Positions 29,391 to 39,809 of a stretch of DNA of 64,000 nt are shown piece by piece. The notes under the pieces are model-generated. The model was not told where the DNA came from and did not search any database. It was given only the letters and a program-made list of their open reading frames with translations. The stretch's first letter is position 1, and each line of letters begins with the position of its first letter. Source of the stretch: a virus (taxonomy: Duplodnaviria > Caudoviricetes); the IMG/VR virus record IMGVR_UViG_2836755666_000018, positions 10,315-74,314 of that record. One strand, written 5' to 3'. The position numbers and the translations under genes were made by a program.

Positions 29391-31655
29391 TTAAGGTACA
29401 CTTGGCAACCAATCTTCGGCCTCCACTTCATTTAATTCCAGATTTGTTCTATATCCATGTTTTGTTCTTTCTCTAATATACCTTTTACCCAGTTCTTTAA
29501 GCGCATTATTAATCGAGCGTCCAAAGGCGGTTAAACTCAAGGCGTTTTTATTACCGTTCCCTTGCATATAAGCCGTGTAAGCATGGTATAAATATTTCCT
29601 TGGCACTGGCGGGTAAATATTGGCGTTCCCCATCATCATACCGCTAGCAGCTTCTAATGTAATGAGATAGGCGCAAAAATCGATGAGGGGTCACTTTCCC
29701 GTTTGATTTCTATCGCTTCCCCTGATCCCCTTTGTTCAAGTAATAACGCTTTTGCGTCTTCTGGATCATCAAAGTTGCCAACAATCGACGTACAATGACA
29801 GCGATCTCACTTGAAATCTTTTCCGCTAACCTAGAATCTTTATCTTCGTCTTTTACCTTGTTATTGAACTGGAATATCACTCGCCTACGGGCTACACCGT
29901 CTGCACGTTCAGTGAATATCATAGGGGTATTATTTGTTGCAATAACAACGGCTCTTATTACAGTGCTATACTGATGTTCATATTTAGGGTCAATTTCAAT
30001 TAAATCACCGCCTGTTATGGCTTTTGCTCCCGTGGCTTCTCCTATGTACTTCGGTTGATCGGGGATGGTGATCAATCGTTTACTAACGAATTGTGCTCGC
30101 CCTCTCGCGGTATCTAAAGCGGCCATATTGCTACTTCCGGTATTATCTTCACCTACGAGTAAAGTGGCTATTTGGGCAAAACACTTTACCGCTTCCGCCT
30201 ATTCCTGTAATTTCTAAAACAGTTCCCAGTCATAGCGGTTAGCTAAAATCATATATAACCCTGCAAAATCCGTTTCATTTTATACGGGTCACGATTAGCA
30301 GCATGATCTAACCATTTATGAAAATGTGGGCATGATCCGTAAATTTTCATCGGGTGGGGCGGGTCTATATTCAATCCCATTGTGATTTAATAACCAGTTA
30401 TCGGGCTGGTGTGGTGAAAATACTTTAGTTTTAATATTAAAGACACCATTAGCAAAAGGAATAACATCGTTACAAGGCTTACCCAACTTAGGGACAATAA
30501 TTTTCAATGCCTCCACCGCATTATTAACCGCTCGGTTGCTAAAGTTGGTGTTATGTTGACAATAGATATTGCCCATTTCACGAGCCAGATCAAGGTGGGA
30601 AATTTTTTCCCATATCCCTGATACGTAGCGATAAAATACCTTACTATCACTGTGTACAGCGATCCCCTCATAACGTTCAGCCAGCAACAAGGCTTTTTCA
30701 TTGTCTGCCATTTGAGAAAGATTGTTACCCGTCTTTTGCTTGTCAGGCTCAACTTGATACGCCCCCTCTATAAACGCCTGTTTTGCTGCCTCAATCCCAT
30801 GTTGCTGACGGTAATCATCCCAATCAGCTTTTCTTTGGTTGGCGGTATGGTGACCCAACCATTAACCACTTTTGCGGTTTTCTCCGCTTTAATCTTGCCA
30901 ATATTGGCTTCATCGGGCTTAACATCATTATCCGCCGCAATAATGATTTTGATTGAGGTAATGCTTCCTGACCCATGTAGCAACGGGTAATAAATTACCT
31001 TCATCAAGCGCTGCCAGTACCACGCCTTCATGCAACTGGCTCACGGTTAAAGCGGTTGCATATCCTTCGGCAATTAACACCGTATCGGGCGTTCCAGTGA
31101 AATCAACGACGGGAATATAGCCACCTTTTTTCTTTGTGCCTGAGATAAAGCGCTTTTCACCGTTAGCTCTGATAATCTGAGCACCCAGTAATTTATCACC
31201 CTGTTTTACGGGTAATATCATCGAGCCATCTTTTAATAGCTTAACTGAACAGGTATGACCTTTGAGTATTAAGTACTGAGATTGACCTAATGTGGCTTCT
31301 TCTAATAACTTTGCGGATTTTTTAATAGCATCCGTTAAAGGCGGTTTATCTGATATAGTCGTTTCTTTTTTGGACAGGTATTGAAATAACCTTAGCCACT
31401 TCCTTAGCCGCTTCCGTGACATCAACATTAAATAACCGTCTCACTAAATCCAGTCCGTCACCACTACCACACTGATTACAGATAAATGTGCCGTTACCTT
31501 CCTTATCATCAAAGCGAAAGCGGTCTTTACCCCCACAAGCTGGACAAGCGGTATGACGATTCAAGGGGACTTCTGCCCCCCAGTGATGCTAATATACCTT
31601 GCCAACGTCCTGTGGCCTGCTGCTTAACCTGACGGATTAAATCAATATTTCTCAT
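29391..31655 (-). pseudogene. Satellite 2 primase-helicase, P4 alpha-like (D5 helicase + winged-helix origin-binding domain), frameshifted
   Basis: N-terminus as in satellite 1 up to GAYQVE; then IPFANGV, KAITGGD, IATNN, YLYHAYTAYM...SLTAFGR. Confidence 0.85.
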
Positions 31656-32001
31656 GATTTATCCTCCTGAGCAGCAGCGCTATCCGCCATGTCATTCATC
31701 ATGTCAACCCACATATCAAGCCCCATCCCTGACAACTTGCCGTTCTCAACGCACAGGTCAAGTATTTGTTCAGCGACAGATTCCCAAGATTTGTATTCAT
31801 CTTTCAACGGTTTTAATGCATAAGTATCAACCAGCTTCCGAATCCCTTTTACGCCGTCGATAATATCAACATGAATAGCGTCATCTTCGGTGTATAAGGT
31901 AAACCAGTCTCCGCCGTTTTCTGCTCTTACATCCTGATAGATTGCCTTAGCAAAAAGCGTTAGCCCGTGCATTCAGGCGAAAGTTTAAAGTGATTAATGT
32001 C
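31652..32001 (-). pseudogene. Hypothetical protein (homologue of 11009-11359), 5' indel
   Basis: Sequence homology. Confidence 0.65.
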
Positions 32002-32012
32002 ATCTTTCCCCC

Positions 32013-32553
32013 TTAATGCACCACAGCAACGGGCTGAACATTGCCGTTAAGCACATCATCGATAAATAGGTTATGGAGTTGGGCTAAAATTTCTTGCCCC
32101 ATAAAGGAAAGTTTTAAACACTTAGCATTACTGACTTCTAGCATGTTTCGATAAAACGTCAGAATATATTGCTCTGCGTCTTCCTTGGTCTCCCTAGAAT
32201 AAAAAGCGCCTTCAATATTATTCTCCATGCCCATGCGTTCAGTCGCCAGAAAAATAGGAAGGTGATAGTTTTTATGGGTGTAGTAAGGCTGACCATTTTT
32301 AACGTTGCATTGCATAACGAAAATAGCCGAAATAACACAGCGTACGGACGTGATCACATCGGCTTTGTTAAAATCGTCTTTTTTTCCAGTATTCATCGAT
32401 TAATTTCAGGATTAACTTAGGGTCATCATCCCAATGACCCTCATTAACACGATTAGGGATATCCGCCACAGGAATCGTTATTTTTCAATATGCCCCTGTT
32501 CGTTTAAATGTGTAAGGCATACATTTTGCCAATGGTTTTATTTTATAGCTCAT
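32013..32553 (-). pseudogene. Hypothetical protein (homologue of 11369-11911), frameshifted
   Basis: Sequence homology. Confidence 0.65.
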
Positions 32554-32785
32554 CTTGACCCCTTCCTTTTTTTAGCCTGTTTGCGCTTACACTTTTCGAC
32601 TTAGTGCCTGTGTGCTTTGAGCCACTGACATAAGTGTTAATCCCAGGATTTCTTATAAATTGGGGCTTCACTTTTCCCTTAAGAAAAGCCCGTGTATTCT
32701 TAGCGTTAAAGGTATTATCCCGCCCTGAGTTATAGCCATCGCTAAAAGTAATTAATGGTTGTTCGTCATATTGTGTCATGTTCAT
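32543..32785 (-). CDS. Small basic hypothetical protein (homologue of 11908-12144)
   Basis: Sequence homology; 3' indels. Confidence 0.6.
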   Translation of the reverse strand: MNMTQYDEQPLITFSDGYNSGRDNTFNAKNTRAFLKGKVKPQFIRNPGINTYVSGSKHTGTKSKSVSANRLKKGRGQDEL

Positions 32786-33099
32786 CTCACGCCCTCCGAT
32801 ACAGGGAATCCTTCACGCTGATAGAGTGTGAACTGGGCGTTTTCTGCGTTGATAATGAGTGCCTGAGCAATTTTAGGTAAGCACATCAACGCCTCACTCA
32901 TCCGGCATAAATCCGCTTTCGCCTGACTATCGGCATAGTTTTCATTGCTACATGCCCAATATGCGCATTCACCAAAGGCTTTTAGCCCTGACATAATCCC
33001 ATCAAACCCTGCCTCACAAGCACCTTTCATTTCTCTTAGATCTTTAGTGCTCATCGCCTGTAAATTATCCGCTATGAGGTAATGCTGAATATCAGCCAT
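32782..33099 (-). CDS. Hypothetical PICI protein
   Basis: Homologue of 12141-12458. Confidence 0.72.
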   Translation of the reverse strand: MADIQHYLIADNLQAMSTKDLREMKGACEAGFDGIMSGLKAFGECAYWACSNENYADSQAKADLCRMSEALMCLPKIAQALIINAENAQFTLYQREGFPVSEGVR

Positions 33100-33691
33100 G
33101 ATGTACCCCCTTGGTGAAATCACCTAAATCACAGATAGACAGTTGGGAAAGTTCAATAACGGTTTTGATGGCTGGACGAAGGCGCTTAAGCTCTCTACGG
33201 CGTAGGGTCATCGCTGCACTGCCTGGCTTACCATGACCAAGATAAGAGTCCTTCTCTGCCTTAACGACAAGATGTTGCGCTTCCTCCGGTTTCATCTGGC
33301 TTAACTCTTCAAGCGAAGGAATATCAACATGACGGAGTTCACCTAAGGTGTTACGGCGGAAATAAACATTGACTAGCTCTTTTTGTATTTTCCAAGAAAG
33401 CTCATCACGAAATGACTTAACGATTAACAAATAACCTGATTCAGTTAGAACCGTTAGCCCCCTGTTTGGCACAGAAATTCCTAAAGTATCTAATTGATAC
33501 TTTAGAGATACTGGAATCGATAAATAATCTTCCTCATAGACAAAATGTTCTCTATGGCGGTTAAATGCGACTCGTGTAGTTCCTTTAGGGCGATCATGTG
33601 CCTTATCAATCATGGCAAAAGTAACAACACGCTTACCTTGGTACTCCACAACAGGCATCGCCCGATTATGGATAGCGACAAAATTAGACAT
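33092..33691 (-). CDS. ORF6N-domain DNA-binding protein
   Basis: Termini match 12451-13053, centre differs. Confidence 0.85.
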   Translation of the reverse strand: MSNFVAIHNRAMPVVEYQGKRVVTFAMIDKAHDRPKGTTRVAFNRHREHFVYEEDYLSIPVSLKYQLDTLGISVPNRGLTVLTESGYLLIVKSFRDELSWKIQKELVNVYFRRNTLGELRHVDIPSLEELSQMKPEEAQHLVVKAEKDSYLGHGKPGSAAMTLRRRELKRLRPAIKTVIELSQLSICDLGDFTKGVHHG

Positions 33692-33887
33692 GTTGTCCCT
33701 CCTTACCCATGTCTAGCATGGTCACGAGGGTATTAGCCCTTTCAGACGCCAAAAACACTAAATCAGATAGATAAAAGGCTAGGCTATTATCCTTTTCTAC
33801 TGCTATCTGATTGATACAATTAAGCAAAGATGCCGTTATGGTTGCATAGTGAAGAAGATTGTCATTATTGACATAAGCGCTATTCAT
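33684..33887 (-). CDS. Hypothetical protein unique to satellite 2
   Basis: Overlap-coupled with RBS GGAGG. Confidence 0.6.
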   Translation of the reverse strand: MNSAYVNNDNLLHYATITASLLNCINQIAVEKDNSLAFYLSDLVFLASERANTLVTMLDMGKEGQHV

Positions 33888-34072
33888 AATGTCACCTCCT
33901 CTAAATCCTGACGAGATTTAGCCAAGTCCCTGGCATATTCGAGTAGGGCGAAAGCAATGTCTTGTGACTTCGGATCGCTAAATAAATATTCCATCGTCTC
34001 AAGCAATGTCGCTATGACATTTAATTTGTCTTGAGGGTGAATATAAGCCGCTGGAAGTGAGCTATTACACAT
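33884..34072 (-). CDS. Hypothetical protein unique to satellite 2
   Basis: MCNSSLPAAY..., RBS GGAGG upstream. Confidence 0.55.
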   Translation of the reverse strand: MCNSSLPAAYIHPQDKLNVIATLLETMEYLFSDPKSQDIAFALLEYARDLAKSRQDLEEVTL

Positions 34073-34259
34073 AAGCCACCTCCTGTACAGGCTTAAGGCC
34101 TGACAAGACAAGCCGATCACCTTTGACCAGCACATGAAATAATCTGCGCTCACGACGGGTTAATGACACTTTGCCGTAGGGAATGTTGGAATCTAGAGGG
34201 ATAATCCAGTAAGTATCTGTAAAATTAGGGCGAGTTTAGGTAGACTTATACGAAGCCAT
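34064..34259 (-). pseudogene. Icd-like protein, frameshifted
   Basis: Homologue of 13046-13279; 3' end approximate. Confidence 0.5.
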
Positions 34260-34629
34260 AACTGTTACTCCAGTTATCGTTGTGGTTAGGCGCCCTGCTA
34301 GTGTGGTACGACTGTAGGGCGTTGTCTTTTATACAATGCCATAGTCACTTGTAGTTACAAATAAACACAGTATAATAGGAGTAAACCAAGTGTCAATACA
34401 GGAAAAGGATAAACGAAATAACGCAGTTTTCTAATTTCGAGTTGAACCGCCACTTGGAGCTGCTAAGGAATAAAACAGCATTATTAGAAGACGGCGATGC
34501 TTCTGTTTCAGGATGGATGAAACGCATTATCCGTAAAGAACTAGACAAAAGAGGCATCCCCTAAAGGCTGAAATCGCTTAGATACATATTCCGCTGATTG
34601 CTTCTGAGCCAATCCAGCCAACCCAACCA

Positions 34630-35021
34630 ACCCGATATTATCGGGTAGCCTCATCATCAGAGAAAAATTTCCTTGATGTTCTGAGTGACCATGAGCCACT
34701 CGCTTTGTTTGTTTATTAACCGTTCCTCTTAATGATGAATGGTTATTTTTTGCACTACTCAAATTTGAGTAGATGAGGTATTTTAAGCTGCGGTTAGATG
34801 GTTGTTTTGTATACTGCACAAATTGAATCAACCTATTGTTTTTAATGCTTTCTTTTGTTCGCACCTCTCTAATGGCTTGTACACCCATGTTGTTTAATTT
34901 CTGAACTACACTTTTTGTGTAGTGACCTACACTTTTTTTGTAGGTCGACTTGTTCAGGCGATTAAATATATCGCCCCCCTGATTTTTGGCATAAAGAAGC
35001 CCTTCACGGTTATTCACCGTG
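34630..35021. repeat. Palindrome array, second copy
   Basis: Same palindromes as 13639-14030. Confidence 0.72.
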
Positions 35022-35301
35022 TTTTGAATGTTCATATTGAACCTTATTTAATTAATTGAGCGGTGAGTCATGCTGCTTGGTCAGAAAAAGGGGACTTTCG
35101 GTAATCACTGCCTGCCAGGGAAAGGAAAGAATTTTTTTAATCTACTTCCTCTTTAAGTTGTTACAGGTCTTTATAGGTTTTTAGAGGTATTTTATCTACC
35201 TATACCTAATTAACTAATTGATATTAAACGGATTAAATGTAATTGGTACAGGTGATACAGGTTTTTTAGGTTTTCTGCCAAAAAGGGGACTTTTCCCCTC
35301 A

Positions 35302-35586
35302 TCAGTGAGATTGACGGCTGTAAGGATTATTCACGTTCTTCACCTCTGGCGGATTGCGTGCCCACCATAGAACATCGCTTAATAGCCATGAGACGGAGTT
35401 CTTTCCCATAGGTATACGCTTAGGAAATTTTCCTTCTTCCTCTAACACCCATCGACGGGAACGGGATAAACCAGATATCTGCTTACATTCGGCTTCCCTG
35501 ATTCGGCGATCATACTTTTGACCATATTCATCTAAAATAAATTGTCTTTCTTCTCTGGTAGGTTCAGTAAATTTAACCGTTATCAT
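35302..35586 (-). CDS. alpA: AlpA family regulator
   Basis: Identical protein to 14314-14598. Confidence 0.88.
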   Translation of the reverse strand: MITVKFTEPTREERQFILDEYGQKYDRRIREAECKQISGLSRSRRWVLEEEGKFPKRIPMGKNSVSWLLSDVLWWARNPPEVKNVNNPYSRQSH

Positions 35587-35660
35587 TATTTCTTCTCCAT
35601 AATAAAAAAACCCCGATTAACGGGGTTCAATTCATGACATTTAATTTTTATACGTTCTAG

Positions 35661-35885
35661 TTATTCAGGTTTCCATGTGCCTTTTATCCAAGCCTGAACT
35701 TCGGATAATCGGTATAATCTGGTTTGTAGTCCTATATTTATTTTTAAAGGAAATCTGCCCCTTTTTTCTAAATAATATCTATGATTTCTACCTAGCGAAG
35801 TTAACCATTCACATTCTTCTTCTTTAATTAATCGGTCAATTTCATCCATATTTTCTATCTCAGCACGAGTTAATATTAGTATCAT
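35661..35885 (-). CDS. AlpA family protein, probable excisionase/RDF
   Basis: Divergent homologue of 14671-14895. Confidence 0.82.
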   Translation of the reverse strand: MILILTRAEIENMDEIDRLIKEEECEWLTSLGRNHRYYLEKRGRFPLKINIGLQTRLYRLSEVQAWIKGTWKPE

Positions 35886-35900
35886 AAAACCATCTTCTTT

Positions 35901-37088
35901 TTATAATGCGTTTAAATAATCTACCCACCAAACAAGCGCTTCTCTTTTCCTATTCATATATTTACTTCGATTGTATATTCCCGCTACACCAGTTAATGTG
36001 TGACCAAGTAATTGTTCAATAACATTATGTTCAAATCCGTTATCACTAAGATTTGTAGCGATTACTCTTCGCATATCATGTGGAGTCCATTTTTCTAAAT
36101 GATTAAGCCTTTTCCATATTTTTATCATGCTGATACTGGCTGCACTCTGACGCATGTTAAAACCAATTACCCTCTCTCTATTACAAGTTGCTTTGTTTAA
36201 TAGTGATAGCCATTGTTTAAAATTATAGGGAATGGGTCTAATAATTTCTCTACCATTTTTACTATGATGAGGGGGGACTCGCCATATATCATTTTCTAAG
36301 TCCCATTCATCCCATGTTGATAATATTATTTCAGAAAGACGACAACCAAAGACAATAAGAAATTTTAAAATAATTCTATTTTCATATGAGATAATATGAT
36401 TATCATATTCTTTATTCACATAATGCCACAGCGCTTTTAATTCATCCTTTGTTAACACTCTCTCTCTTTTATTTGATTTTTTTCCTACATCACTTACATC
36501 TAAATCGTCAATTTCATGGCTGATTGCATATTTTCTAACCCTACAAAATTTTAAAGCCTGTTTTGTTGTTTTTAACATTGCGCCTGCTTGTACCGGAGCA
36601 ACTTTTTTTATTCTATCGAAACAGTTAACCCACATAGACAACGAACAATCATTCAATGGAATATCTCCAATATCGGAATAAATATGTTTCATGAAACAAC
36701 TTTGAATATATTTTGCGCCTTTTCTTTTATCTTGAGCATAATTATTAATCCAGTATTCTAAGCTATCTTTGACTGTAACAGGTTTCAGTAAATCATCTTT
36801 GGTTATTTTGATTTGTATTCTCGGATCTTTACCCCCAGCTAACCATATTCGACAATTATCTCTCTGCTCCCTTGCGGCTTTTAAACTTAAATCTGGGTAC
36901 TTGCCTAATGTTAACCATATAGGCGCGCTCTTTCTCCCGTAAAGGCGAAAGAAAAAAACAAAACTTATCGTACCTGTTTTACTTATTCTTATAGCTAACC
37001 CATTACCATCAGCAATAGTTTGTTGTTTTTCGCTTAATTTACCATGTAAGGATCTTAACTTTTTATCACTGAGCTTGTTGACTGCCAT
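35901..37088 (-). CDS. int: Tyrosine integrase of satellite 2
   Basis: MAVNKLSDK..., FGCR, SKNG, HDMRR, LGH, GIY; divergent from integrase 1. Confidence 0.95.
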   Translation of the reverse strand: MAVNKLSDKKLRSLHGKLSEKQQTIADGNGLAIRISKTGTISFVFFFRLYGRKSAPIWLTLGKYPDLSLKAAREQRDNCRIWLAGGKDPRIQIKITKDDLLKPVTVKDSLEYWINNYAQDKRKGAKYIQSCFMKHIYSDIGDIPLNDCSLSMWVNCFDRIKKVAPVQAGAMLKTTKQALKFCRVRKYAISHEIDDLDVSDVGKKSNKRERVLTKDELKALWHYVNKEYDNHIISYENRIILKFLIVFGCRLSEIILSTWDEWDLENDIWRVPPHHSKNGREIIRPIPYNFKQWLSLLNKATCNRERVIGFNMRQSAASISMIKIWKRLNHLEKWTPHDMRRVIATNLSDNGFEHNVIEQLLGHTLTGVAGIYNRSKYMNRKREALVWWVDYLNAL

Positions 37089-37108
37089 GTAGCGCCCTTT
37101 TTTCAATT

Positions 37109-37132
37109 TGCAATACACATTGCAATACACAG
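37109..37132. promoter_or_regulatory. Putative integrase arm-type sites
   Basis: TGCAATACACATTGCAATACACAG. Confidence 0.75.
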
Positions 37133-37259
37133 AGTTGTGTAAAAACCAGAAAACACGAAAAAACACGAGAACAATAAAAAATGAATAATCTATTTTATAT
37201 CAGTATCTTACAAACAACACGAGGACGGCTAATCCATTATAATTAGCAGATATTACATT

Positions 37260-37274
37260 CTTTGTTATAAAATT
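37260..37274. repeat. att core of satellite 2 (int-side end)
   Basis: CTTTGTTATAAAATT. Confidence 0.9.
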
Positions 37275-38267
37275 CGTCCTAGCTGAAACCTGCTCCTGTG
37301 CTTTTTTTGCAAGGCGGCGCATATCATCCCATCGCTTGCAAATACCTAATCCAGGATTGGCTTTTTGCCACATCTTCTCGTCAAACGGATCATCTTTCTT
37401 GTCTAGGGTATAAATAATGCCAAAGAAGGAATCGTCTTCAACCTGCCCCTGTAAAACCTTGATGGCATAATCGCGTAATTCGTAGCATATGCCTTCTTTA
37501 TTAAATCCAGCGGTGGTAATACCGAAGAGCAAGGATTGTAATCTTGCACCTGTTGCCGTCTCTAATACGTCCCAAACATCACGCGTTTTGTGTGCGTGCA
37601 GTTCATCGACAATACCGCAATGGATATTTAACCCGTCCAAATTATTTGCATCGCTGGATAGTGGTTCGAATTTTGAAGCGGTGACTTCTTGATAAATCGC
37701 TAATTTATTGAACTCAAAACATTGACCAAGGGTATGTTTAGCCTTCCTTATCATGTTTTTTGCATCTTCAAAGACAATGCGAGCCTGATCACGAGTCGTG
37801 GCGGCTGAATAAACCTCTGCGCCACCTTCGCCGTCTGATCCGGTCATATAAAGTGCAATACCTGAAGAAAGCGTTGATTTGGCATTCTTACGGGCAACTT
37901 CGTTATAGGCGGTACGAAAACGTCTGACCATCACGACTCGTCCACTGCCATCATTACGGATTACCCTTTCCCCCGTTTGTTCATCGACTAAAGGGATAAC
38001 AAATCCAAAAATATTGATCAGGATAAAAATATGCCAATCCATCAATTTTATAGTTTGACCGGCAAGATTACCTTTTACATGGGGCACAAACTGATAGAAA
38101 TTAAGGATATGTTGTGCGCGGGGGAAGCTAAAATAGATACCCCGTTCTTCACCATGCTCAAGGTCATTCAAAAAGCGTTGACACGCCAATCGTACATATT
38201 CACACGCGATGATATCACCCGACACAGCGCGTTGTGCATAGCTAATGCCTTCCGCTACTTTTGCCAT
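37260..38267 (-). CDS. terL: Helper terminase large subunit, 5' part (split by satellite 2)
   Basis: VARKNAKST, IVDELHAH, ITTAG, WQKANP...ARTNFITK. Confidence 0.92.
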
Positions 38268-38743
38268 TAGTCTATCCTGCTTTTCAAAAATTCGACAAAC
38301 GGATCTATTTCGTTTGAAGCCTTACCGTTTACTTTTGACCTGCTAGCGGGGGTCATGCCGAATTCAGCTTGCATTCTGCAAATGCGCTTCCACGCATCGG
38401 CCATCATGGCAACTTGCGGATGTGGACGGATCATGACGTTGCCGTCAGTGGATGTTGTCTTGTAGGTCTCGCCTTCTTTGTCAATAACATCTCGATGTTT
38501 TCGCCATTCGACATACGCCCCAACCAGCAATTCCAGAGCCATACCATCGATAGCAGTAATAACGCCTATCGCATCTAGCCGTTCGCAAAGAACCTTAAAC
38601 CAGTAGCGTTCTTGCTTGTTAAAGTGTTTTGGTGTTGGGGGAACCCCTTTTTCGGGTTTTGGCTCATTTTTATTAATTGCCCTTTTTGAAGGATTACCCC
38701 TTATCAAACGTAGATGTGTCGGTGTTTTTGGGGGTCCAGACAT
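38267..38743 (-). CDS. terS: Helper terminase small subunit (P27 family)
   Basis: GPPKTPTHLRLIRGNPSKR...HPQV...EFGMTPASRSKV. Confidence 0.92.
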   Translation of the reverse strand: MSGPPKTPTHLRLIRGNPSKRAINKNEPKPEKGVPPTPKHFNKQERYWFKVLCERLDAIGVITAIDGMALELLVGAYVEWRKHRDVIDKEGETYKTTSTDGNVMIRPHPQVAMMADAWKRICRMQAEFGMTPASRSKVNGKASNEIDPFVEFLKSRID

Positions 38744-38858
38744 AATTTAAAATTCCTATTAATCGCGCAATTGGGATACCTATAAAAAGGTTTTCTAACC
38801 TGCGGTGGTGTAAAAAAAGGCAAATCGGCGGTTCCCAAAGGTAAAAGAGGGAGCGATT

Positions 38859-39218
38859 TTACCCGCCCCTCCCTCGCTTTTCTCTTGCGGTCTTCGTGCG
38901 ATGGCATGGCCAACATAACGCTTGCAAGTTACTTTCTGCATCATTGCCGCCTGTTGCTTTTGCGAGAATATGGTCAACGGTGGTTGCGGTTATCAATCGC
39001 CCTTCAACTAAACATCCCTGACACAAAAATTTATCACGTTTTAATATTTTTTTACGGAGATGATCCCACTTTGTACCATAGCCACGCTGATGACGGCTTT
39101 TACCTTGTTGATAATCTTTCCAACTTTGGTTTCGATGTGCGTCACAGTACCCACTGCATTCAGTTGTTGTCTTGGCACAACCGGGTTTGCGACAGGCACG
39201 AGGAATACGTGGCGGCAT
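38859..39218 (-). CDS. Helper HNH endonuclease
   Basis: RGYGTKW...LCQGC...VDHI...NLQALCWPCH. Confidence 0.92.
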   Translation of the reverse strand: MPPRIPRACRKPGCAKTTTECSGYCDAHRNQSWKDYQQGKSRHQRGYGTKWDHLRKKILKRDKFLCQGCLVEGRLITATTVDHILAKATGGNDAESNLQALCWPCHRTKTAREKRGRGG

Positions 39219-39226
39219 AGTCCTCC

Positions 39227-39679
39227 TTAAGCATTCACTTCTTCTGCTGATTTTAAATATATATCAGGCGCATCAACTATTATCTCATCAGTCACAATGA
39301 AAGAGGCCTTAACACGTGGAATTTCCTGCGGTTTACTCTCTATAACCGTCGATTCCTGATTAGAGAGTATCTTGCCATTAACGGTAAGTGCATAGCCTTT
39401 AAACACACCCCTAATAAACAGTTTTGATAATTTTATCGATGTCTCTTTTTCATCATTGATTTGTTTATCTCTTGCTTTTTTCGCGCCTTCTCGAGCACCT
39501 ATATTACAAGCCTCTTGTACTGCCATTTGCAAACTGGCTGGATATGTTTTCTCTTCGTTAATTGACCCCATTTGTTGCATCAAATTAGCAATACGTTGCA
39601 AGCGATCTTCTAATTTAATGAGATCACTATCATCAGCCTTTATTCTTACTCTAATTTCTGGTGCATTTTTTTCAGACAT
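39227..39679 (-). CDS. Hypothetical phage protein
   Basis: 150 aa ORF with RBS in late operon. Confidence 0.65.
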   Translation of the reverse strand: MSEKNAPEIRVRIKADDSDLIKLEDRLQRIANLMQQMGSINEEKTYPASLQMAVQEACNIGAREGAKKARDKQINDEKETSIKLSKLFIRGVFKGYALTVNGKILSNQESTVIESKPQEIPRVKASFIVTDEIIVDAPDIYLKSAEEVNA

Positions 39680-39809
39680 AGCTCACCTATTTCAAATTAA
39701 TGGTAATCTTTAATAATTATTTCCAACTGAATGGTGGCCAACCTGTTAAACCCCCACATAGCAAGCCAAAAATAAACGTAATTATTGGATAAAGGAGCCA
39801 CCAATATTC

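Larger units (their letters stand above)
21907..37274 (-). mobile_element. Satellite 2: capsid-forming PICI-like element embedded in helper terL
   Basis: 15-bp direct repeat CTTTGTTATAAAATT at 21907-21921 and 37260-37274; same gene order as satellite 1. Confidence 0.93.

Noticed and set aside
35901-37166. 421 aa integrase start from the ORF track
   Set aside because: The extension crosses arm sites; homology to integrase 1 starts at ATG 37088
21907-37274. Satellite 2 as a pure assembly duplication of satellite 1
   Set aside because: It has its own att core, integrase, primase C-terminus, origin and extra ORFs
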